A stretch of 62,112 nt of DNA, counting the filler. It is 5 parts of 5 records of this genome, joined end to end, with 100 filler letters (N's around TTAATTAATTAA, not from the genome) between each part and the next. Parts side by side here need not be neighbours in the genome. Positions count along the whole stretch, not along the records: positions 51,396 to 62,112 come from SRR31156797_7981; 4 more parts are not named here. One strand, given 5' to 3'. Shown here piece by piece: positions 51,496 through 59,730 of the stretch (positions within the stretch are counted from its first letter, which is position 1; each line of letters starts with the position of its first letter). The notes beneath the pieces were generated by a model. It did no database searches, had not been told where the DNA came from, and worked only from the letters and a program-made list of their open reading frames with translations. The position numbers and the translations under genes were made by a program.

Positions 51496-51727
51496 CTCTT
51501 TTTTTTACCTCCTCAATATAGAGGATTTCGAGGGCCTCTGTAAAAATTATTCGCCAGTTACCAACTCGCAGACGGTATTCTTCCCGGCTTTTCAATCGTT
51601 TTATGTTCGAACAGTCTGGAAAATCAGCGAGTTTTTTGACCGCGGCAACAATTCTGGTTCTTGTTTGATTCGTTTTTATCTTCTTGAGTTGCCGAATTGC
51701 TTTTTTGCGCCAGATAATTCGTTTTAT
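51476..51727 (-). CDS. RelE/ParE-family type II toxin, beginning at ATA
   Basis: Manual translation (83 aa): IKRIIWRKKAIRQLKKIK...LADFPDCSNIKRLKSREEYRLRVGNWRIIF...IEEVKKRDEHTYH. Confidence 0.85.
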   Translation of the reverse strand: MKRIIWRKKAIRQLKKIKTNQTRTRIVAAVKKLADFPDCSNIKRLKSREEYRLRVGNWRIIFTEALEILYIEEVKKRDEHTYH

Positions 51728-51733
51728 AATATT

Positions 51734-51776
51734 AGGTTAGAGTGTTAATATAAGTTTGTCAATAAATAATATAAGT
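51734..51776 (-). promoter_or_regulatory. sigma70 promoter of the TA operon with two 10-bp direct repeats
   Basis: Minus strand TTGACA (51762-51757)-17 nt-TAACCT (51739-51734); TAATATAAGT at 51746-51755 and 51767-51776. Confidence 0.65.
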
Positions 51777-51783
51777 ATTGAGT

Positions 51784-52965
51784 ATGGCAAAACAGAAAAA
51801 CTCCCAGGTGGAATTTAAGCGGTTCGAGCAGCTTTTCAATCAAATCCACCGGCAAAATTCCGAAAAACGCAGGGGCGCAAAGGGGACGCTGACTCCGGAA
51901 GTCATGCGGAAGCATTTGGCGTCGGGCGCCCCCATGGATCTTTTGTACGGTGTTAACCGGCAAGGGAAAGCTTTCACCCGTGATGACCTGGTGAAATTTG
52001 GCAAAGCCACCAAGGATGCCAAACAGAAATATGGTTTCAATAAGCGCGGGGTCCCTGTCAAACAGCTGATAGCGTCGTCTTTAACCGCGGATATCATGCG
52101 GGCAAAGCAGCAGATTAGAACCGCGACCCTGTATCGGCTATTCAATAGCAAAGATGGAATGATCCTGCACTTCCGGGTGACCGCCAGCAAGAACAGTAAA
52201 TTGCAGCACCATCAAGTGAAAATTCGCTTGGATGAATGGTCGGATTGGATCACCAGTACAAAATCATACAAAACCATTGTGAATAAGATTCTCAACGGGC
52301 GCATTTCCTTTGATTGCGATTGCGGCCGGCATCAATACTGGTACCGGTACATAGCTACCGTTGGCGGGTTTGCAATCAAGCCCCTGGAGTATGCCTATCC
52401 CAAGATCCGGAATCCGCGCCTCACCGGGTGTTGCTGCAAGCATGTCCTGAAAACATTCTCTGTTTTGAGGGGGCCGGTTGTAAGCCGGATGGTTCTGAAG
52501 GAAGTGGAAAAGCAGGCCAAAACGATCGGTTTTGGAGATGACAAGGTTGGTACCGGGCGGTTCCTGCAGAAGGATGAACTGGACAAACTGGAAAAAGAAA
52601 GCAGCCAGGCTAAAGCCGTTGATAAATCCATCGCTTCAAAGGCCTTTGGTATGTTTCAACGGGCAAAGCAGGGGATAAAACAGAAAATGTCAGAAACAAG
52701 CGTCATGAAGTCGTTGGAGCGGTTGCGGAGCGAGCAGGCTGCATACAAGAAAATTGCGACACAGGAAAAACGGTCCCGGGAGAAAGCCGAAAGGGAAAAA
52801 CAGCAGATGTCACAAGATCTCCTGAAGGCCAATTTGAACACGGCCCTTTTGCAGGCCGCCTACCGGGACAATATTCCCCGGGAAAAGGCAATCGAGAGGT
52901 TTGCAAAAGCAAATGATATCTCCGTGCGGGATGCCAACAAACTTGCGGAGGATATTGCAGTATGA
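51784..52965 (+). CDS. P1 gp25-like protein with SWIM-type Zn finger
   Basis: FDCDCGRHQYWYRY...YPKIRNP...CCCKHV; size and position as P1 gene 25 (recalled). Confidence 0.6.
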   Translation: MAKQKNSQVEFKRFEQLFNQIHRQNSEKRRGAKGTLTPEVMRKHLASGAPMDLLYGVNRQGKAFTRDDLVKFGKATKDAKQKYGFNKRGVPVKQLIASSLTADIMRAKQQIRTATLYRLFNSKDGMILHFRVTASKNSKLQHHQVKIRLDEWSDWITSTKSYKTIVNKILNGRISFDCDCGRHQYWYRYIATVGGFAIKPLEYAYPKIRNPRLTGCCCKHVLKTFSVLRGPVVSRMVLKEVEKQAKTIGFGDDKVGTGRFLQKDELDKLEKESSQAKAVDKSIASKAFGMFQRAKQGIKQKMSETSVMKSLERLRSEQAAYKKIATQEKRSREKAEREKQQMSQDLLKANLNTALLQAAYRDNIPREKAIERFAKANDISVRDANKLAEDIAV

Positions 52966-53447
52966 CAACACCACGTGATTTAAGGCCTCTCCTGAGGATC
53001 GTGGCCGGTGACCTTGATACTTTTTTGAAAAGCTCTCCGGATGCCTTTGATGCGTTTCTCTTCAGGGCGTTGAGAGACCAGGTTGAACAGGTGACCGATG
53101 TTGTGGACCAGGTCGGCTCCATGGAGGCCAGCGAGAAGATTATCGAGTACGCGGATCCGGATCCGGTCCGGGCCTTTGAACTGCCCTTTGATTTCCCGGT
53201 ACCGGTTGATAATCAAGGTGAATCAGCATCCGGGTATTCGGACCAGCCCATTGCCGCACTCATTGGTGCTGCAAGCATCCCCAAGGCGAGCGTTTTGGTT
53301 TATGATGAGTTTGATGATCTCACTGATAAGACAACCCGGCGTGTGCTCTACGTTGAACGGGTTGAATCCATATCCAAGAAGCCTGGCGCCGGCAATATCT
53401 ATTTCATGCTGCCATTCTTTGATTTCGATGAGAGGTTTATGGCATGA
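52962..53447 (+). CDS. P1 gp7-like tail protein
   Basis: 161 aa, ATGA-coupled; assignment mostly by synteny. Confidence 0.45.
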   Translation: MTTPRDLRPLLRIVAGDLDTFLKSSPDAFDAFLFRALRDQVEQVTDVVDQVGSMEASEKIIEYADPDPVRAFELPFDFPVPVDNQGESASGYSDQPIAALIGAASIPKASVLVYDEFDDLTDKTTRRVLYVERVESISKKPGAGNIYFMLPFFDFDERFMA

Positions 53448-54151
53448 CCGAATATTCAGAACTACATGCGGTTGATATTGCTTTTGGGGGATGTATCCTG
53501 GACGCCTTTTCAGGCCTTTCCGCTGCCGGCCCATCCGAGTTTAAAGAGTTCCTGACGCGGGAGCCGAAAAAGCAGGTGTTCCGGCATGATTCGGACAGCG
53601 TCCAAGGTTTTTTAAAGAGCTACATGGCTTCCGGCAACTCCGTGGCCACACTTTCTGCCGGCAAGCGGGTGAAGTCCGCAAGGTTGCCCGTGGTGAATTA
53701 CAGCCGGCAGCCGGGCCTTATCAGTGATGATGAAAACCCCGGGGGAATATACAACCGGCACAAAACGCTTTTCCATGGTGAAACAGGGATGAAGGTTCGC
53801 TTTCTGAGCGTGGTTTTGACCTATCGCCTGGTTTTTATCACCAGGGATAAGCCGACACTGGATAAATTTACCCTGGCATGGCTTGCCCATGTGAGTGACA
53901 CACAAAATGGCAAGCATAAGTTTCCAATCCAATACCTGGTTGACGGCCAGCGCCTGGACGCCGTGGCCCAGATTAAGAATCCAAAGATGTGTTCTTTCGA
54001 CAACGAGAGCGTCACCACGGAAACAGGCCATTTCTTTGCGGTGGGGACCATTGTTGAGGTTGAGACCCCGGTTGTGTTTGGCGGTGTGGTTGATGTCCAT
54101 GATCCCATAAGGATCGAGTATGTGGGAGTGGAGGCTTTGCATAATGCCTGA
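53444..54151 (+). CDS. P1 gp24-like baseplate/tail protein
   Basis: 235 aa, LPVVNYSR motif; synteny. Confidence 0.5.
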   Translation: MTEYSELHAVDIAFGGCILDAFSGLSAAGPSEFKEFLTREPKKQVFRHDSDSVQGFLKSYMASGNSVATLSAGKRVKSARLPVVNYSRQPGLISDDENPGGIYNRHKTLFHGETGMKVRFLSVVLTYRLVFITRDKPTLDKFTLAWLAHVSDTQNGKHKFPIQYLVDGQRLDAVAQIKNPKMCSFDNESVTTETGHFFAVGTIVEVETPVVFGGVVDVHDPIRIEYVGVEALHNA

Positions 54152-55127
54152 TCAGGAGGGCTTGTTTATTCAACGCATTGTTTGTGGCGAGAATGAGATA
54201 GATTTGTCCTTCTTGCAAACATGTTGCTTTGTGGAGACTCTGGATCTCTCCGGACCAAAATTGATCATGACGTTTTCCGATACGGATTCCATTTTGCGAG
54301 ATGACATGGCCGTGGCACCATTCAGTGAGCTTGAGGTTATTTTTGCCGATTACTGGAACAACAATAGCGATGTTGAATTGAAGGATTATTTCATCGTTTT
54401 GACCATGCCGGTAAAGGGGGAGGTCGTTACCCTTAATTGCATCCAAAGTGATATCCAAAGGCTGAAGGTCCCATCCACCACGGCGCGAATGTTTGTGAAT
54501 AAGCCGGTATCTACTATCATTCAAACCTTGGCTCCAGGGGTGAAGTGCTCTGCCGGCGGGTTCCCCGTGGTGGAGGATTACCACCTCCTGCCCGGGGAAC
54601 GGCCGTCAGTTGTTTTGCGGCAAATAGCTCGGGAGCAGGGCGCCAGGCTTTATTATCAGCGGACAAGTTTTTTTCTGGCCAGGGTGGCCGATATGTTTTC
54701 GCAAAAGGCGGAGTTGACATACTCCTATGAAAACCGGCAGGCGGAATACAGGATCATCCATTATTCCCGGCCCAACTCCGGCTACATTGTCGAGGATAGC
54801 CTTTTGCGGTCCTATTGCGGTTGGAACATGACAACCGGTTTTGTGTGGGCGCAGAAGCATGGCGATAAGCCGGCAGAGTTCACGGCAAGGGATACAATGG
54901 GGACACTGAGAAACCTATCTACTGCGAGCTTCCCGGAGGTTGATTTCACCACTGAAGGTAACGGCATGTTGCGTCCCGGGATCCCCCTGGATCTTGAGTG
55001 GAATTTATTCAGAAGGGATTGCCCCATTGATGAGAGCCTGCCCGACAAAGTGGTGATCGGGACCGCGGCTCATTTTTACAGCGGACAGAAATATCTTACC
55101 AGGGTAAAAGGAGTCATACCGTTATGA
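54144..55127 (+). CDS. P1 gp6-like baseplate hub protein
   Basis: VETLDLSGPKLIM, DYHLLPGERPSVVLRQIARE, IDESLPDKVVI; precedes a gp5/gpV-like gene. Confidence 0.6.
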   Translation: MPDQEGLFIQRIVCGENEIDLSFLQTCCFVETLDLSGPKLIMTFSDTDSILRDDMAVAPFSELEVIFADYWNNNSDVELKDYFIVLTMPVKGEVVTLNCIQSDIQRLKVPSTTARMFVNKPVSTIIQTLAPGVKCSAGGFPVVEDYHLLPGERPSVVLRQIAREQGARLYYQRTSFFLARVADMFSQKAELTYSYENRQAEYRIIHYSRPNSGYIVEDSLLRSYCGWNMTTGFVWAQKHGDKPAEFTARDTMGTLRNLSTASFPEVDFTTEGNGMLRPGIPLDLEWNLFRRDCPIDESLPDKVVIGTAAHFYSGQKYLTRVKGVIPL

Positions 55128-55882
55128 GTCAGCCTATTTTACAGCAACCGCCGAGCAAGAAATATGATGGCGAGTATGTCGGGATTGTTGAATGCCTGGA
55201 TGATCCGGAGAGGTTCATGCGCGTTCAGGTTCGGGTGTTTCCCATTTTTCCTGATAGTATCCCAATGAAGGACTTGCCCTGGGCAGAATACAAATTGCCG
55301 ATCGGGGCCCGGGCGGGGGAGGGGCACTTCCTGCCGGTGAAGGTTGGGGATTATGTCTGGGTTGATTTTCCCTATGGGGGCGACACCCGGAGGCCGCGCA
55401 TTACAGGATCTGTTCATTATTGCCCTGGGGGAGTGCCGAATTTCCCCCAGGATGTATGGGCGGGGCCAGGGGCCTTTGAACATGTTCGTATAGGGAAGGA
55501 ACCTGCACCCACAAACCCAGGGTACCATGATGGCTCCACGGTTCTAGACGAGAACGGTGTGCTGGTGGAGATCCGGAGAGACCGATCATTTTGCTTGACG
55601 CAAAAGCACACCAAGACGGCGATTGAAATAACCCCGGATGGAAAGATCACTATCCATGGGGAGTCAGAGATCAATGTATCGTCTGCAGCTGATACGAACG
55701 TGATTGTTAAGGGGAACACCAATGTTGATTGTGACGGCAAAACGATCATCACCAGCGCCAAGACCGTTGAGATAGACGGGGGCAGCGGTGGAGTGAAGGG
55801 TGTTGTACAAGGGGATTGCATCTGCGCTTACTCGGGGCGGCCCCATATTATGGTTTCATCAAATGTGAAAGCGAGTCAGTAA
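55124..55882 (+). CDS. Baseplate spike gp5/gpV-like protein
   Basis: OB-fold DDPERFMRVQVRV...LPWAEY...PVKVGDYVWVDFPYGGDTRRPRITG; beta-strand repeats; C-terminal CICAYSGRPH. Confidence 0.8.
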   Translation: MSQPILQQPPSKKYDGEYVGIVECLDDPERFMRVQVRVFPIFPDSIPMKDLPWAEYKLPIGARAGEGHFLPVKVGDYVWVDFPYGGDTRRPRITGSVHYCPGGVPNFPQDVWAGPGAFEHVRIGKEPAPTNPGYHDGSTVLDENGVLVEIRRDRSFCLTQKHTKTAIEITPDGKITIHGESEINVSSAADTNVIVKGNTNVDCDGKTIITSAKTVEIDGGSGGVKGVVQGDCICAYSGRPHIMVSSNVKASQ

Positions 55883-55883
55883 C

Positions 55884-56099
55884 ATGTCAATGAGCAAGGA
55901 AGGGATGGCTGCGGCTATCCAGGCACGATTAAACGAAGTGGATCATAGCCAGACGGTCGATGCGGATCGGGCTAAAAATTATCAGAATGATATGCTGGAG
56001 GCCCTTTGCCAGGGGATTATTGATCATATGAGGGAATGTACCCGGGTGTACACGATATCTGGAGCTCCTGATGGTGAGCATGAGGGGAAGGTTGAATGA
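55884..56099 (+). CDS. Small phage protein
   Basis: 71 aa, 1 nt after the gp5-like stop. Confidence 0.6.
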   Translation: MSMSKEGMAAAIQARLNEVDHSQTVDADRAKNYQNDMLEALCQGIIDHMRECTRVYTISGAPDGEHEGKVE

Positions 56100-56386
56100 C
56101 TTTGTAGCTGCGTGAGATTTTTTTGATCTGAAAAGTCAGATAAATAATTGGTCAAATACCTTTGATATAATCGAAATGTTTTTTATTTCATGAGTATATG
56201 TCAAAGGCATTAATGCCCTTTGATATTCCGCATGGAACGAGGGGGGATAAAAGCTCACTATAAATATGCTTGTCCGCTTTATCGACTATGTCATAATATT
56301 CTTAAGTGTCTGTAATGAGTTATATAAAACTGATAAATAATATTCATAATCTCTTTTTGTCTATTGGTGTGTTAACTATCCTAAAT

Positions 56387-56623
56387 TTAGAGCGGTAAGT
56401 TTTGTACGGTTTTTGCTTGTAATAAATTTAAGAGGATAGTTGAGGCGTAGAAGTGCTTTTGATCTGGATATTGGTCCAAACCCAGGTTTACCAATCCGTT
56501 GATTGCGGATTCCACTACCGAGTATATTCGTTTGGATATGATAAAGTCCTCGGCTGTTTCCTTTTTTAGCTCAGCTTTGTTTTCTTTTCTTCGGAAGCCG
56601 CAAGTTGGAAATCCATTCCGCAT
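56387..56623 (-). pseudogene. Degenerate IS transposase C-terminal fragment (ISNCY/IS5-like)
   Basis: RIYSVVESAINGLVNLGLDQYPD resembles the HSAVESAINALE-HGLD-CPD motif of these transposases. Confidence 0.55.
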
Positions 56624-56691
56624 GGATTCATAAAATGAGCCTTTAGACTTTTTGATTAAACTCTAACTGTTAGAAAAAGGTGTGTTTTTAG

Positions 56692-58785
56692 ATGATTAAA
56701 ATAACTTTTCGATCGAAAAATATATCATTGATTTATTTTGTTGTTATCTTGTTTGTTCTTTTTATGGGAGATAGGGCAGCACAAGCCTTCTGGAGAACCG
56801 GAGGACCTTATGGGGGCGATATTAATTGTTTGGCAATCGCCCCGAACCCCGATACTATATATGCAGGAACTATCAGGGGATTGTTTAAAACGGCTGATGG
56901 AGGAAATACATGGAGAAGGACAGGCTTTCCCAAAATTCCAGTTCGAACTATTCAAGTCTCTCCCGAGGGCCAGTGTCAAATAGCATCCGGAAGCGTAGCA
57001 AAAGCGGAACAATCCAATGTTGTCTATGTAGGTACTGACGGTGGCGTCTACAAAAGCCAGGATGGTGGTAATACATGGGATCTGAAAGGCCTGTTGGGGG
57101 ACAAGGTCAATACCATAGCCATAGACCCTCTAAATCCTTGTGTTATTTATGCAGGAACCGGAGATGATGATCCGGGAAGCACAAGCATAGGAAAAATATT
57201 CAAAAGCACAGATGGAGGAGAAGTCTGGCAAGAAAAGGTTTCTTCTGTATGGATGAATGCGGTAAGGGCTCTCCTCATCGACTCCGATAACTCTGATTAC
57301 ATTTACGCTGGTGCCTACGGTTCTTATGGTTTTTGGAAGAGTACAGATGGGGGAGAGATTTGGGTGCGAAGTAAAATAGGACCATACCTTACAAATGAAG
57401 TGTCTGCCCTTTCCATGCCCCCTGCTGGATATAGCCCCAAAGTAATTTATGCTATTGCCGGTATAAGTGGGGACAACGTATATAAGAGTACAGATCAAGG
57501 TGAGAGTTGGTTGCTAACGAATGCGCCGAGCCAGTCCCGGGCAATAGCTTTTGATCCTAATAATCCCGATGTTATCTATAGTTGCAATCAATACTACCAA
57601 GGACGTTTTTATAAAAGCACCGATGCGGGTAATACGTGGTCTGTGAAAGATGTCGGCCTTCCTCGGGGTGGTATTTACGGTAGTCCTTCAAGTATTGTAA
57701 TTAATCCGCAAAACAGTGCTCTTTATGTTGGTATTCATGAAGGTGGCGTGTTTAAATCTACAGATGGCGCAGATAATTGGAGTTTTTCAAGTTCCGGCAT
57801 TACCGGGTGGATAGACATTGCAAATCTGGCTGTTCACCCAGCTTGGTCAAGTACTGTATTTGCCGCGGTAAAGGCTGATGGCCACTGCCTTGTCAAAACG
57901 AACAACGGGGGATCCTCATGGGAGTGGTTACCCAATTCATCCACTAATCTTGGAGCAGTTGCAGTCTGCCCAGAAAATCCTCAAATCCTTTGGGCAGGTG
58001 ACGGCCTCCAGGGGGACAGAAGCTTTTACGTTTACAAGAGCACTGATGGTGGAAAAAGTTGGACGGATAAAATGTTTTTCTATTTCTCCGGTTACGATTA
58101 TACAGGAGTTACCGACATTTTGATAAAAGCCAATGCTCCAGATTCCATTTTGGTAGGCACGGATTTTCTAGTAGCTCATGGAGCTATTTATGGAGAAGGA
58201 ATGTTAGCTAGGACTATTGACGGTGGCAATACGTGGGAAAGGTTAGGCGGCTCAACCACTACATTGGCAACTGATCCCACCGATCCGAATGTCGTATATC
58301 GTGCAAAAAGAAGAATCGGGGAAGTTTTTCGACATACCGAGGTTTGGGGTTCTATTACCACCACGGAAATCACTCCTGCTGGCGGAATTGGTGATGTGAG
58401 TGATATAGAAGTCGATTCGGATTCGACGGTTTACGTTGCGGCAAGTGACGGCTTGTGGAAGTGGGACGGCTCAGATTGGGTAACTTTAAACGGTTTGTCT
58501 ACCAATAACCTTACTGCTTTAGCCATTGACAGATCAACAAGTCCGGGAATTGTTTACGTGGGAACCGCAGAGGACGGGGTATTTGTTTCAAAGGATGGTG
58601 GGAGTACTTGGTTAACCTTTAACGGAAGTCTTGGTAATCTTTCTATAACTAAACTCGTCATAACCGTGACCCAACCGAAAATGCTTTATGCTGGCACATC
58701 TAACGGCGGTGTGTGGAGTAGGAGATTATCTCCTATGGTCATGCCCGCCATGCCTTGGATTCCGGTGCTGCTGCTTGACGATTAA
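56692..58785 (+). CDS. Secreted BNR/Asp-box (VPS10/YCF48-like) beta-propeller protein
   Basis: Signal peptide; about 10 KSTDGGxxW Asp-box repeats; C-terminus MPWIPVLLLDD. Confidence 0.88.
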   Translation: MIKITFRSKNISLIYFVVILFVLFMGDRAAQAFWRTGGPYGGDINCLAIAPNPDTIYAGTIRGLFKTADGGNTWRRTGFPKIPVRTIQVSPEGQCQIASGSVAKAEQSNVVYVGTDGGVYKSQDGGNTWDLKGLLGDKVNTIAIDPLNPCVIYAGTGDDDPGSTSIGKIFKSTDGGEVWQEKVSSVWMNAVRALLIDSDNSDYIYAGAYGSYGFWKSTDGGEIWVRSKIGPYLTNEVSALSMPPAGYSPKVIYAIAGISGDNVYKSTDQGESWLLTNAPSQSRAIAFDPNNPDVIYSCNQYYQGRFYKSTDAGNTWSVKDVGLPRGGIYGSPSSIVINPQNSALYVGIHEGGVFKSTDGADNWSFSSSGITGWIDIANLAVHPAWSSTVFAAVKADGHCLVKTNNGGSSWEWLPNSSTNLGAVAVCPENPQILWAGDGLQGDRSFYVYKSTDGGKSWTDKMFFYFSGYDYTGVTDILIKANAPDSILVGTDFLVAHGAIYGEGMLARTIDGGNTWERLGGSTTTLATDPTDPNVVYRAKRRIGEVFRHTEVWGSITTTEITPAGGIGDVSDIEVDSDSTVYVAASDGLWKWDGSDWVTLNGLSTNNLTALAIDRSTSPGIVYVGTAEDGVFVSKDGGSTWLTFNGSLGNLSITKLVITVTQPKMLYAGTSNGGVWSRRLSPMVMPAMPWIPVLLLDD

Positions 58786-58874
58786 TCTAATACAGAAAAT
58801 TTGGTCCTCTGGGCTATGTCAAAGCGCAGAAATTTTGCTTTAACTCTCAATCTAACAGATCAAGGAGAAACAAA

Positions 58875-59189
58875 ATGAAAAATAAACTCATTTTTACTTT
58901 AGCTGTTACATGTGTATTAATAATAGCAATAGCATTGCCACCACCCCCTGTAAAGGCAGCTATGACGAGCCAGGAAGTGACCGTAATATCTGTAGGCATT
59001 TTCAATGACAACTATTACCAAATTTCTTTTCTATACGAAGGAAACACGTATCTGAAACTTTTTTCGTCTACAAAAAAAGATTGGCTGGCAATAGCTCTGA
59101 CGGCCATTTCAAGTAGTGGTAAAGCAGAGTTGCGATTCAATGATGAGGTTATCTATGGGGGGAGGGTTTATTCAATATCTGCAAAATGA
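58875..59189 (+). CDS. Small secreted hypothetical protein
   Basis: AAGGAG RBS; signal peptide ending VKA; AT-rich. Confidence 0.65.
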   Translation: MKNKLIFTLAVTCVLIIAIALPPPPVKAAMTSQEVTVISVGIFNDNYYQISFLYEGNTYLKLFSSTKKDWLAIALTAISSSGKAELRFNDEVIYGGRVYSISAK

Positions 59190-59730
59190 AATGGGAGATT
59201 TATCATAAAATCGGCCACGAGGTCTCCCAAAAAAACGAAATAAAAAGGAACTCGGGTAAAATATGTAGACAAAGTTAGCCCGTTCTGCGAAAAGATTTTG
59301 TGCCAAACAAAAACTATTCAAGGAAAGGACGGGCTAGATCATAACTTCGGCCACTTTATGCCGATCTTTTCAGAGGGTGAAAATTAAATACTGTAATTAC
59401 AGACCTTTGAAGGTGTTATGAAGTGAACTCCCGCATAGGTGGCCCATCTTATTATCAAGCCCCATTTTGATTTAAAGGTTCGGTCATCAAAGTTTATTGG
59501 AGATTATTGCGTCAAGTTAAATCCGAAACATTGGGAAAGGAGAGAATGAACTCTTTCAGATTATAGTCATAACACTTTCAGCATGTTCCATCCTACCGTT
59601 AAGTACGCATTTTTCCATATACAGCATGTAAAAAACTTCCCTTTACACCATATCTTTCTTGGTTGTATCTCCTTTCTTTAAAGAAAAAAAGATAACTTTA
59701 TTTTTAAGCCAACTCCATGGGGAAGAGAAG

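Noticed and set aside
51241-51500. Defence operon carried by the P1-like element
   Set aside because: An artificial contig spacer separates them; no physical linkage is shown
51398-51748. 116-aa plus-strand ORF in the track
   Set aside because: It is the reverse complement of the RelE toxin and antitoxin, which have clear family motifs
56692-58785. Recurring KSTDGG-coding DNA as a CRISPR or DGR repeat
   Set aside because: Degenerate protein-level Asp-box repeats; no identical spaced DNA repeats, cas genes or reverse transcriptase seen in the window
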